Shown here: positions 16,000 to 24,610 of the stretch, piece after piece
How the letters are laid out: every line of letters starts with the position of its first letter
Position numbering within the stretch: position 1 is the stretch's first letter
DNA from: Pyrolobus fumarii 1A
Lineage (GTDB): Archaea > Thermoproteota > Thermoprotei_A > Sulfolobales > Pyrodictiaceae
NCBI RefSeq assembly: GCF_000223395.1
Contig: NC_015931.1
Location: 1 to 32,000 of the forward strand
Direction of reading: 5' to 3'
Length of the DNA: 32,000 nucleotides
Notes under the pieces: model-generated
What the model was told of the DNA's origin: nothing
Seen by the model: only the letters and a program-made list of their open reading frames with translations
Database searches by the model: none
Made by a program: the position numbers and the translations under genes

Positions 16000-17388
16000 T
16001 CACTTCTTCTCTACCTTCTCCAGAAGCGCATAGAAGAAGCCTATAGTACCGTGACGATGAGGCCATGCCCTCATAGCGCCCTTGAGCCACGGGCTCGGAT
16101 CGTACGGACCCCTCAGCTCTACCACCCGTAGCTCTGGATGCCTCTTTAGCAACCATCTGACGTTTTCCTCATTCTCTTCCGGCAGGAGGCTACACGTTGT
16201 GTAGAGCAACCTCCCTCCAGGCTTCAAGAGGCGAACAGCCGCCTCGAGTAGTCTACGCTGCTCCCTCACTATCTCTTCGAGACCGTCCTCCCTCACCCTC
16301 CATCGAAGCTCCGGATTCTTCATTATCGTGCCCGTCGAGGTACAAGGAGCGTCAAGCAGCACCTTATCCGCTACCTCCTCGCCTAGTATGTCAGGGGCCT
16401 TACCAGCGTCTTCCTTGTAGATCGTCACTATCTTTATCCCCATCCTCTTGAGCAGCATCTTCATCCTCTTTATCCTAGCATCGTCTATGTCAAACGCGTA
16501 TATTCTGCCCTGATTCTTCATCAACTCGGCAAGATGCGTCGTCTTGCCCCCAGGTGCCGCACACATATCAACAACAGTCTCCCCAGGCTTAGGGTCAAGC
16601 ATTATGCTTGCAGCAGCCGCTGCCTCCTCCTGGATGATTATCTTGCCCTCGCGGTAGAGCCTAGATCTGTCGAAGTTATACGGCCCCTCGAATTTCACGA
16701 CAACCGGTACCCTCTCGCTGACGATAGGATTCTTACCCTCACGCCGCAGGTGCTCCACAACCTCCTCTACGGTGGCTTTTAGCGTGTTGACACGAACGCT
16801 AAGCGGCAGCCTGGTGTTAAGCGCTTTGAAGAGTCTCTCAGCCTCATCAGGACCCAGCAGATCCCTCATCCGCTTTATGAACCAGGCTGGCAGCATATAC
16901 TTGAATTCCAGCTCTTCCTCGACGCTCTTGGGTTTATACTCGAATTTCTCTATCTCGGGTACTAGCTGCCAGTAGTACATGCCAACGAAGGGATGCGTCT
17001 TCGAACTTAGCATCTCGGCTACACTCCATTGCAACCTCCTCCTGGTGCCACTCGACAGCCTGTAGAACTTCAAGAGGTCTATCGCTACGCGTAGCGCGGC
17101 ACGCAACCACGGGTCTAGTATGAGAGGGTGCACACCGATAATCTCACGTATCATCTTGTCTAGTATCCCCATCCTCTTCATCACATCGTAGAATATTGCT
17201 GTGAGGACGCGGTCAGAGTCTGTACCTATAACCCCGTGCTTAGCGAATACGACACGCTTGGCGTGCTGGCTTGGCTTGAACTCCTCCGCCGCCTTCACAG
17301 CCTCCACAAGCACTTTAAGCTCGTGACCGCTGAGCCTCAGTTTGGGCCGCTTAACCTCCCCCTGTTCCACCACAGTCGCCACGGCCAC
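16000..17388 (-). CDS. NOL1/NOP2/Sun-family RNA (cytosine-C5) methyltransferase with N-terminal NusB-like domain
   Basis: VVDMCAAPGGKTTHL (SAM motif I), LDAPCTSTG (motif IV Cys) and YTTCSL (motif VI Cys). Confidence 0.9.
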   Translation of the reverse strand: MAVATVVEQGEVKRPKLRLSGHELKVLVEAVKAAEEFKPSQHAKRVVFAKHGVIGTDSDRVLTAIFYDVMKRMGILDKMIREIIGVHPLILDPWLRAALRVAIDLLKFYRLSSGTRRRLQWSVAEMLSSKTHPFVGMYYWQLVPEIEKFEYKPKSVEEELEFKYMLPAWFIKRMRDLLGPDEAERLFKALNTRLPLSVRVNTLKATVEEVVEHLRREGKNPIVSERVPVVVKFEGPYNFDRSRLYREGKIIIQEEAAAAASIMLDPKPGETVVDMCAAPGGKTTHLAELMKNQGRIYAFDIDDARIKRMKMLLKRMGIKIVTIYKEDAGKAPDILGEEVADKVLLDAPCTSTGTIMKNPELRWRVREDGLEEIVREQRRLLEAAVRLLKPGGRLLYTTCSLLPEENEENVRWLLKRHPELRVVELRGPYDPSPWLKGAMRAWPHRHGTIGFFYALLEKVEKK

Positions 17389-17512
17389 ACTCCCTCATAG
17401 CTAGAAGCGAGTCTCAAGAGCCGGCTTGTTAAGCTGGCGTTGCTGGGCGTATCACCAGCCCCGCGGGGGAGGCACCCCGTACACCCGCTAGTAGACCCGC
17501 CGGGACCCCACC

Positions 17513-17848
17513 GTGGCTAGAGAGCAGAGGGAGAAGCTCGCTAGGATACTACGCGTGCTCGTAGAGAAAGAGACGGTCACACCCGGCGACGTGGTGGTCG
17601 AGACTGGACTCCCCCGGTATGAGGTGCTAGCCGCGTTCCACTTCCTAGAGGCTCTGGGTGTCGTGAGGCTCGTCTATTGGAAGGGCAGCTACAAGATATA
17701 CACGGGGACCGAGTACGCCAGGCTGCTACTGGAGGCCCTCGAGGCAGAATCTCCACTTGAACACCTAGCTTCAATGATAGCCTCGAGGCAAGCAACCACC
17801 ATACCGGTAGGAGTGAGCCACGAAGGAGAAGCCGTGGAGGCAGCATAA
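17513..17848 (+). CDS. Small winged-helix-like hypothetical protein
   Basis: VTPGDVVVETGLPRYEVLAAFHFLEALGVVRLV resembles a wHTH recognition helix plus wing. GTG start. Confidence 0.45.
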   Translation: MAREQREKLARILRVLVEKETVTPGDVVVETGLPRYEVLAAFHFLEALGVVRLVYWKGSYKIYTGTEYARLLLEALEAESPLEHLASMIASRQATTIPVGVSHEGEAVEAA

Positions 17849-17889
17849 GCACCTAAGCAACACTCTTATAGCAGAGTATCAGCACTTGG

Positions 17890-17897
17890 TTTTTAAG
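17890..17897 (+). promoter_or_regulatory. TATA-like box (TTTTTAAG)
   Basis: A/T-rich octamer about 48 nt upstream of GTG 17942; predicted TSS near 17921. Confidence 0.4.
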
Positions 17898-17941
17898 ACG
17901 GCTGTGAGAGGCAACGTCTCGTTAGAAGAGCTAGAGTTCTC

Positions 17942-18304
17942 GTGGGGGTGAGAACCGTGTCCTCGGGACAGGGGCAGACCTCTACCAGGACTAAGATAAG
18001 CGAGAAGGAGCTCGAGAAGATAATGTCGCAGCTAATAGAGCAGGAGTCTAAGGCCAAGGACCCGAAGAAGAAGTGGGTCACTAGGATGCTAAGAAGCGCA
18101 AAGATGTACCACAAGATGTGCCCATACTACGACAAGAGGACGGGCAAGTGCTTCATAAAGATGGGCGGGAAGTGCGAGAGGGATGGAAAGTTCGACGGCT
18201 GCCCAGTGTTCATAGAGTGGCTGTCCAAGAAGTACGACGAGCTGACACAGAAGGGTGTACCGCTACCAATGGACTTCCAGGATCTCGTGCTTCTCGCCGT
18301 ATAA
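17942..18304 (+). CDS. Small Lys-rich protein with a four-Cys cluster (C-x9-C-x7-C-x8-C)
   Basis: CPYYDKRTGKCFIKMGGKCERDGKFDGCP; the N-terminal half is Lys/Glu-rich. Bounded by a TATA-like box and a T-rich terminator. Confidence 0.55.
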   Translation: MGVRTVSSGQGQTSTRTKISEKELEKIMSQLIEQESKAKDPKKKWVTRMLRSAKMYHKMCPYYDKRTGKCFIKMGGKCERDGKFDGCPVFIEWLSKKYDELTQKGVPLPMDFQDLVLLAV

Positions 18305-18310
18305 AATCAA

Positions 18311-18324
18311 TTTTTGTTTTGTTT
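18311..18324 (+). terminator. T-tract terminator (TTTTTGTTTTGTTT)
   Basis: Three consecutive oligo-T runs begin 7 nt after the TAA stop at 18302-18304. This is typical of archaeal intrinsic termination signals. Confidence 0.5.
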
Positions 18325-18337
18325 CCTCGCCTCTACC

Positions 18338-19297
18338 CTATTTACCCTTAATACCCTTTCTCACCAGGTAGTTATAGGCAGATGCTGCTGCAACGGCACC
18401 CTGAGCAGCCGCCGTTATCACCTGCCTATACTTGTTCATAGCAGTTGTACAGTCACCAGCAGCGAATATACCGGGAATGTTTGTAGACTGGTCTGGACCA
18501 ACCTTGATGTAACCCTCCTCGTCTGTCTCGAGTCCAATGCGCTGGGCAAGCTCCTTCGGAGGCTCCGAGCCTATCTCGACGAACACGCCGTCTACGCGTA
18601 ACACGCTAGTCTCCCCGGTTACACGGTCGCGAAGCTCTATGCCTTCAACACGGTTACTCCCGATTATCCTCTGAACGACCTTGTTGTACACTACTTCGAT
18701 CTTCGGGTTTTCACGCAACAGCTTCTCGTATATCGGTTGGACACGTAGCTTATCCCTCCTGTGCACGATGTAAACCTTGGAGGCGTACTCTGCGAGGAGT
18801 AGCGCCGCACTAGCTGCAGAGTCACCCCCACCAACAACAGCTACAGTCTTGTCCTTGAAGAGGGGCGCGTCGCAAGGAGCACAGTAACTGACGCCTTTAC
18901 CTCTAAGCTCTGCCTCTCCCGGCACATTCAACCTTCTTCGCTTAACACCGACAGCGAGTATGACCGTGTGACTCTTGTACGTTACGCCACGTCGCGTCTC
19001 AACATGAAAACAGTCGCAGTCAGCGTCCCTCTTCACATTCTCCACGTAGTCGAGTATAATCGGCACCTTGTAGTGACGCACATGATCAACGAACCTCTTT
19101 ACAAGCTCGGAGCCAAGTATCCTCGGGAACCCTGGGTAGTTCTCCACCCACCCCGCTTCTGCTATCTGCCCTCCTATCTCCTCGGTGACCAGTATCGTAT
19201 CGAGCATGTACCTAGCAGCGTATATCGCAGCCGTGAGGCCCGCCGGACCCCCGCCCACAATAACTACGTCGTATACCTTACGCGCTATCTCAGCCAT
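18338..19297 (-). CDS. trxB: Thioredoxin reductase (FAD/NAD(P)-dependent pyridine nucleotide-disulfide oxidoreductase)
   Basis: YDVVIVGGGPAGL, redox-active CAPCD, VVGGGDSA and IFAAGDC. ATG 19297 is preferred over the upstream TTG 19339 of the track ORF. Confidence 0.9.
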   Translation of the reverse strand: MAEIARKVYDVVIVGGGPAGLTAAIYAARYMLDTILVTEEIGGQIAEAGWVENYPGFPRILGSELVKRFVDHVRHYKVPIILDYVENVKRDADCDCFHVETRRGVTYKSHTVILAVGVKRRRLNVPGEAELRGKGVSYCAPCDAPLFKDKTVAVVGGGDSAASAALLLAEYASKVYIVHRRDKLRVQPIYEKLLRENPKIEVVYNKVVQRIIGSNRVEGIELRDRVTGETSVLRVDGVFVEIGSEPPKELAQRIGLETDEEGYIKVGPDQSTNIPGIFAAGDCTTAMNKYRQVITAAAQGAVAAASAYNYLVRKGIKGK

Positions 19298-19412
19298 GCG
19301 GCGCTTCGAGAATGGTGTAGTTGCGAGACGAAAGCTCAACTATCGAACACCCGCCAGGGGCTGGTAAAACGGGGGGCTTATCCTATGAGTGTCTGACCAT
19401 ACACCCCCACTG

Positions 19413-19748
19413 CTAGTACGGGGATGCTATGTAGTAACGCCCATCGTTATCGCTTACAACGATACCTTCCTCTACAAGCTCGGCTAGCGCACGACGGATC
19501 TTATCCTCGCTTGCAAGCCCAGAGAGCATGGAGTGCAGCTCCTTCACAGTCTTGGGCCCCTCGTTTAGAAGCCGGATGAGTATATCACGCAACTGGTCCT
19601 CATTCGGAGCCACTACAACCACAAGCTCGTCATCCTCATACAGCTTCTCGAGTACAATATTCTTGTTGTAAACAACTACATCCTTGCCGCCACTCAAGGG
19701 CTCCACCCGGCCCCGCTTGGCCTCGTCCAACGTCTTACCCCACCACAT
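19413..19748 (-). CDS. Small winged-helix-like hypothetical protein
   Basis: C-terminal PKTVKELHSMLSGLASEDKIRRALAELVEEGIVVSDNDGRYYI looks like an HTH plus wing. Confidence 0.5.
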   Translation of the reverse strand: MWWGKTLDEAKRGRVEPLSGGKDVVVYNKNIVLEKLYEDDELVVVVAPNEDQLRDILIRLLNEGPKTVKELHSMLSGLASEDKIRRALAELVEEGIVVSDNDGRYYIASPY

Positions 19749-19895
19749 CTCCTTTTAACTTTCGGCTTGTAGTTAGGCACGGGTATACGCCGCACAGGTA
19801 ACTCCGTACTACGCGGATGTCTTACCGCCGGGTCTTACTATGCCGCTAGCCTGCCCCCCTAGCAAGGAGAGTAGTCGAGTGGAGAGGGGCCGCTG

Positions 19896-20300
19896 ATGAA
19901 CCTGGCTGTATACCCGCTTATCTCTAAGCTTGAAGGTATAGAGAGGGAGCTCGAGAAGCTCTACCAGAACTACCAGAGTAGGTTGAAGATGGTTGAGTCA
20001 AAGCTACGCGATAACTACAATCCCATGCTCGAACGGGAGGCTAGCAACATATCAACGATTCTCACTGTAATATCACAGGCCCTTAGCATCATACGCCGGG
20101 CGAAGAGCTACGTCGCCGACACTCCGCCAGAGCTACTCCACCTCAAGTTCAGTACTCTCATCGACGAGGCCGAGAAGCTACGCGACAAGGTGTTATACGG
20201 CTCTGCGAGGATACCCACTGTGATAAAAGCACACGTGCTGATGATATACACGCTGCTCGGCAAAGCGTCGGATAAACCACACACATCCATGCTACTCTAG
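19896..20300 (+). CDS. Hypothetical helical / coiled-coil-like protein
   Basis: ORF with heptad-like LEGIERELEKLYQNYQSRLKMVESKL. It overlaps the convergent peptidase gene by 9 nt. Confidence 0.45.
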   Translation: MNLAVYPLISKLEGIERELEKLYQNYQSRLKMVESKLRDNYNPMLEREASNISTILTVISQALSIIRRAKSYVADTPPELLHLKFSTLIDEAEKLRDKVLYGSARIPTVIKAHVLMIYTLLGKASDKPHTSMLL

Positions 20301-21419
20301 AGTCATGGGCAGCTTGTTTAGCACACGGGCGCCCCTGGAGTCGACAACAACCATCTGCTCTATCCTAACACCAAACCGTCCTCTAAGATACACCCCAGGC
20401 TCTATCGTGAACACCATGCCCTTTTCGAGCCTGGTTTTCTCCCCTGGCGCCACCCTAGGCGGCTCGTGGACCTCTACGCCTATACCGTGACCGGTTGAGT
20501 GTATGAACCATTTTGCATATGGTCCCAGCGCTCTCCTAGCAACCTCGTCCACTACACTAGCCTCGATACCCGGTTCTACACGGTCTATAGCCTCACCCAC
20601 TGCAGCCACGACACGCTCAACGAGCTCACGCCATTCTCTTGGTCCACTACCGGCTGGATACCACGTCACGCGTGTCACGTCGCTACAATAGCCTCTCTTA
20701 ACCGCGCCAGTATCAATCAGCACCGGCTCGTTCCCGGTGAGCCTCCTGTCGCTGGGATCCCAGTGAGGATAGGCAGTGTTTGCCCCAAACGCGACTATGG
20801 TGAGAGACCCGTGTGTAGCGAACGCGTGAGTCTCTGAGCCATAGATGCGCAGTATCCTCTCATGTTCGCCGGCCACCTCTAGCTCCGTGATACCCTCGCT
20901 CAACATCGCCATGGTCTTGCGGAGTGCTCTCTCAGCGATATCCAGCGCTTCAACCATACGTCTTAACTCCCAATCCTCCTTAACCATGCGAAGACTCCAC
21001 AGGTCACTCGTCACATCGAGTGCCTCTACACCTTTAACACCCTGGAGTTGAGTGCAAGCCGAGCGATCACAACCGACCCTTTTACCCTCCCCCAGTAGAC
21101 GTACAAGCGCATCCTTGAGATTAGGGCCTACAATCCTGCCCGGCTCTACTACCTCGTCATCCGCGCGTCTCGTGTATACATACACCTCAACTCCTTGGAG
21201 CTTGTCACTAATCCTCCAGAATTCCAGGAGGTGTGTGACGACACTAACCCCACTATCGTCGAACAAGACCGCTATACCACCGCCACCGAATATGCTACGA
21301 GGCGCGCCCAGCGCCCACGAGGCAAAACCAGGATCGAGGATTACCAGCGCATCAAGCTCCTTAGCCTCGAGGACTCTCCGTAGTTTTCCAAGATTGTTCT
21401 CGCCTTGCAACCTAGGCAC
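20292..21419 (-). CDS. pepQ: M24-family Xaa-Pro dipeptidase / aminopeptidase
   Basis: N-terminal creatinase-like domain. Metal ligands occur in the contexts IDTGAVKRGYCSDVTR, HSTGHGIGVEVHEPP, FTIEPG and IEQMV. Confidence 0.85.
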   Translation of the reverse strand: MPRLQGENNLGKLRRVLEAKELDALVILDPGFASWALGAPRSIFGGGGIAVLFDDSGVSVVTHLLEFWRISDKLQGVEVYVYTRRADDEVVEPGRIVGPNLKDALVRLLGEGKRVGCDRSACTQLQGVKGVEALDVTSDLWSLRMVKEDWELRRMVEALDIAERALRKTMAMLSEGITELEVAGEHERILRIYGSETHAFATHGSLTIVAFGANTAYPHWDPSDRRLTGNEPVLIDTGAVKRGYCSDVTRVTWYPAGSGPREWRELVERVVAAVGEAIDRVEPGIEASVVDEVARRALGPYAKWFIHSTGHGIGVEVHEPPRVAPGEKTRLEKGMVFTIEPGVYLRGRFGVRIEQMVVVDSRGARVLNKLPMTLE

Positions 21420-21433
21420 CCACGGTTTGTGGT

Positions 21434-22444
21434 TTAACCAGGTTTAACTATGGCACCCTGCGTGTCTACATGCGCGTGCCACACACTTACCTCTCCTATC
21501 CGCTCGCTGAGCATGATAGCCTTCCTGGCTGCACGCCTCGCTAGAGCAGCGTCCGTGAATACACCCCAGGCAGCCGGCCCCCAGCTACTCTGGAATACAC
21601 CGACGGCCCCCATTCTCTCAAGGAAACGTATCGCCTCCTCGGTCTCCCTGCAGCAATAGGTGCCGCCCTGGCCTTTACCAGCCCAATAGCGGCCGGCCTC
21701 GCGGTTCATCTCGGAGAGAGCACGGAAAGCACGGTCTAGCCTCCCGGCTGCGAGGTTCCCCATGAACCCTGTTAGCAACAGCCTTGCGAGCTTTGCTGAC
21801 AGCTCGGGCGGCGCATCTGGTTTTGCAAGCTTATCCACATCTTCTTCCTGCTCTTTTAGCCGCCTTACCACACCAAGAGGCCTCAATGGGAGCACCACTA
21901 CTATCTCTATTGGCGGTTCGTAGCGGGCCACTAGGGGCGGGATAGCCGCGCCTATAAGGTCGGGCTCGAAACCCGCATCGACTACTAGACCCCCACGCGT
22001 GTACGTATAGAAGCCTAGTGCAGAAACCCATCCCCTTCCAAGCTCGAGAGCCACATCTTCAAGGGTTACACCCTCGCTGCCCAAGCGTAGGGCCGCGTCT
22101 GCCACAGCTAGGGCTAGAGCCGTGCGAGCACCTAGACCCGCCCCCCAGGGGTAACACTTCCGCAGCTCGACAGTAACTCTAACACCCGTAATCTCGTATA
22201 CACGTTGCGCATACCCGCGTGCAATGTTCTCTAGCTCTCTGCACCATCTGTCACCATTGACGCTATGGACTCTAATATCGTTGGACTTGCAGATTTTGAC
22301 TACAAGCCGTGGATTGCTCAGAGCGACCCCAACGGTTCCAAAACACCTGTGAACACTCTCATCACAAGTGAACTCGTAGTTACCCGCGTGCACGTGCGAT
22401 GGAACTGATATCGTGTAGCAAACGCCGCTCAAAACTTGATACAC
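21434..22444 (-). CDS. GHMP-kinase-superfamily protein, beta-ribofuranosylaminobenzene 5'-phosphate (beta-RFAP) synthase-like (COG1907-type)
   Basis: The N-terminal PSHVHAG, then FGTVGVALSNP, and the GHMP motif PWGAGLGARTALALAVA follow the pattern I recall for MJ1427-like proteins. Confidence 0.5.
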   Translation of the reverse strand: MYQVLSGVCYTISVPSHVHAGNYEFTCDESVHRCFGTVGVALSNPRLVVKICKSNDIRVHSVNGDRWCRELENIARGYAQRVYEITGVRVTVELRKCYPWGAGLGARTALALAVADAALRLGSEGVTLEDVALELGRGWVSALGFYTYTRGGLVVDAGFEPDLIGAAIPPLVARYEPPIEIVVVLPLRPLGVVRRLKEQEEDVDKLAKPDAPPELSAKLARLLLTGFMGNLAAGRLDRAFRALSEMNREAGRYWAGKGQGGTYCCRETEEAIRFLERMGAVGVFQSSWGPAAWGVFTDAALARRAARKAIMLSERIGEVSVWHAHVDTQGAIVKPG

Positions 22445-22445
22445 C

Positions 22446-23039
22446 TTAGTGTGTCTGTTTCGCTAGGAGGCTAGATGCGTATACCTTTGACGCCCTCCCG
22501 TAGTGGACGCTCGCAACTACAAGTATGGCTAGCAGAGCGGCAGCCACTCCCAGATGGATGTATGTCGTCTTGGAGACTAGGTATGCAAGCACTACTAGCA
22601 CCTCTACCGCCACAAGGTACCATCGAGGCTTGAAGCCACGTATAGCCAGAAGGTATCCACGCAATGAGAGCAACACTGCCGACGAGACCGCCGCTACCAG
22701 CCCAGCAGCTTGTATCACCCCACGCATCGCCACATACATCGCTACCATGCCGGGGTCGCTCACGCCCCCGGCAATCATCAACCGCGCGTATATCACGTAG
22801 AGGTGTGCCAACAGCGTCACACCTAGGCTGACGTGCATCACGATGCTCGTTACCGACGTTAGTAGACCGTAGATGCTTCCTAGCCGAGCCGCCTGCACGT
22901 AAGGCTCTATAACCATCCTCGAGAGTACGAGCCTTAGCCCACGTATCCCGGCAGCCGTTGTGCTCACAAAGAGGCCGAACCCAGCCACTATCAGATAAAA
23001 CGCTAGATAGTCAAGCATAGCTCCCACTTCTATACTCAC
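22446..23039 (-). CDS. Integral membrane protein (about 6 predicted TM helices), unknown function
   Basis: Continuous hydrophobic segments and no Cys. The start overlaps the upstream TusA-like gene by 4 nt; its stop is 1 nt from the next gene's start. Confidence 0.6.
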   Translation of the reverse strand: MSIEVGAMLDYLAFYLIVAGFGLFVSTTAAGIRGLRLVLSRMVIEPYVQAARLGSIYGLLTSVTSIVMHVSLGVTLLAHLYVIYARLMIAGGVSDPGMVAMYVAMRGVIQAAGLVAAVSSAVLLSLRGYLLAIRGFKPRWYLVAVEVLVVLAYLVSKTTYIHLGVAAALLAILVVASVHYGRASKVYASSLLAKQTH

Positions 23040-23275
23040 CCGCTTCTAACGAGAATGGCTTTACAGACGCCCTTCTCACAGCTAACACTCTCTATCTTAG
23101 CGATTCCGCTCTCCTCTATGAGCTTCAGGGCCTCCTTTACACTCGAGTCGTTCTCGCGATAGGCAACTTCGAGCTTGTCGCCGGGCGCCATTGAAGCTAG
23201 CGCCTCGGTGAGGTGGCTGCTGGGGTCACCGCAGACCGAGTAGAGACCGGTGAAATCTAGCTTTTTGATGGTCAA
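23036..23275 (-). CDS. TusA/SirA-like small sulfur-carrier-fold protein
   Basis: LDFTGLYSVCGDP aligns with the TusA LDxxGLxCPxP active-site loop, and PGDKLEV corresponds to the conserved PGE/D strand. TTG 23275 is chosen because the upstream 27 aa of the track ORF run into the A/T-rich promoter spacer. Confidence 0.5.
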   Translation of the reverse strand: MTIKKLDFTGLYSVCGDPSSHLTEALASMAPGDKLEVAYRENDSSVKEALKLIEESGIAKIESVSCEKGVCKAILVRSG

Positions 23276-23288
23276 ACCGGAGCCACCG

Positions 23289-23326
23289 TGTTTTTTGCAC
23301 GTCCGGCGAAATATTGTAAAATTTAG
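23289..23326. promoter_or_regulatory. A/T-rich divergent promoter spacer (GTTTTTTG ... AAATATTGTAAAATTTAG)
   Basis: This is the lowest-GC stretch in the neighbourhood. AAAATTTAG lies about 35 nt upstream of ATG 23358. The A-run on the opposite strand lies just upstream of TTG 23275. Confidence 0.45.
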
Positions 23327-23357
23327 TTTTCTCCGGTGCAACAACGGGCTGTCACGC

Positions 23358-24521
23358 ATGGATAAACAACTAGTGAACGACTACGTCAATAGTGCCGCTA
23401 GCTACGCAAGAGAGGCTACGCGCGTCTGCTCGCGGTGCGGTCTTTGCCTCTCCGCGTGCACAGTCTACATGTCTACACGTGATCCCCGCCTCTCCCCGAT
23501 GTCCCGCCTGAGAGCCGCAGCGAAGGTACTGAACGGCGGTAGTTTCACCGATGATGACGTGTTAGCACTCTACACTTGTAACCAGTGCGGTGCATGCACA
23601 CAGGTATGCCCCTATGCTATAGAGGTTCTCAGGGTGGTGCACGCCGCTAGGATAGTACTGGCGAGTAAGGGCGTCTATCCAGAGGGTCTGAGGAAGGTAT
23701 CCGAGTCTGCAAGGAGGGCTGGGCACAGCTTCACGCCTAACCGCGAAGAGCCTGTCAAACTACTCGTTGAGATAGCAAGAGAGGTTGGCATAAAGCCAGA
23801 TGAGAGTGCGGATATACTCTACGTGCCTAGCCCGTTCGAGACGACCGTATACCCACACGTATTGAGGGACACTCTCCTTCTCTTCAAGAAACTTGGGCTA
23901 AGCGTCACGGTCTCTACAAGGGCGCTCGATAGTGGGGGAAACGTCGCGATAGATGCTAACGATCTCGAGGCTGGCTTTATGCTACTAAAAGCTTGTGTCG
24001 AGGAGGCTGAGCGGCTTGGCGCTCGCACAGTGCTACTATCCCAGTGTGGCGCCGATACCAAGCTGGTCATTCTCCTCTACAAGCTTGGTGTTCGCCTAGG
24101 GGGTCCGAGGGTCGCAAACATATACGAGTTCTTTGCGGAGAGGGGCTTCCGCGCTACATGCACCAATTGCATCCTTTTCACAAGCTGCACCTTTGCCAGG
24201 CTAGACCCTAAGAGGAGCCTTGAGAAAACCATCGTTGCCCGCAAGCCTCGCGACAAGCCGCCCTACACTATGTGCTGTGGTGGTGCGGGTGGCCTGAACT
24301 TCCTGCACGAGGAGCCATTCGCGAGCATAAGGAAGAGAGTGTACCGGTGGAGGTTCGAGAGGCTATTGAAGAGCGCAAAGGGCGCTACGATAGTATTGCC
24401 GTGCGTCAAGTGCTATAGCGTGTTGAGGCACGGGGCGCTACTGGCGAAGAAGCCAACATACCCCATGAAGATGTATACGAGCGTGGCGTTGGAGGAGGTT
24501 AGCTCAGCGAGCCAGCCCTAA
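23358..24521 (+). CDS. HdrD / GlcF-like Fe-S protein (2x[4Fe-4S] plus CCG cysteine-rich domains)
   Basis: CSRCGLCLSAC and CNQCGACTQVCP ferredoxin motifs, plus the C-terminal MCCGGAGG CCG-domain signature. ATG 23358 is preferred to the track start 23250. Confidence 0.8.
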   Translation: MDKQLVNDYVNSAASYAREATRVCSRCGLCLSACTVYMSTRDPRLSPMSRLRAAAKVLNGGSFTDDDVLALYTCNQCGACTQVCPYAIEVLRVVHAARIVLASKGVYPEGLRKVSESARRAGHSFTPNREEPVKLLVEIAREVGIKPDESADILYVPSPFETTVYPHVLRDTLLLFKKLGLSVTVSTRALDSGGNVAIDANDLEAGFMLLKACVEEAERLGARTVLLSQCGADTKLVILLYKLGVRLGGPRVANIYEFFAERGFRATCTNCILFTSCTFARLDPKRSLEKTIVARKPRDKPPYTMCCGGAGGLNFLHEEPFASIRKRVYRWRFERLLKSAKGATIVLPCVKCYSVLRHGALLAKKPTYPMKMYTSVALEEVSSASQP

Positions 24522-24610
24522 CCTCACCGGGGTTTCGGCCTCAACAGTCGCTCATCACAGCCGTTAAGAGGGGGCGGCGAAAACGGGGCCTTAACCCCTG
24601 GGGTAGCGCT

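Noticed and set aside
17178-17184. C-box-like GUGAUGA on the minus strand inside the NOL1/NOP2/Sun CDS; similar in-CDS matches at 22359-22365, 13661-13673 and 23541-23548
   Set aside because: No CUGA D or D' boxes occur at the required ~12-nt spacings. All lie in the sense strand of coding sequence, where the heptamer simply encodes Asp/Met-type codons.
17420-17475. Hairpin GCCGGCTT-GTT-AAGCTGGC and palindrome CCCCGCGGGG in the 124-nt divergent spacer at 17389-17512 as a possible small RNA
   Set aside because: These are short GC-rich stems expected by chance at this GC content. There are no C/D or H/ACA boxes and no T-tract terminator. The spacer is more simply the divergent promoter/leader region of the two flanking genes.
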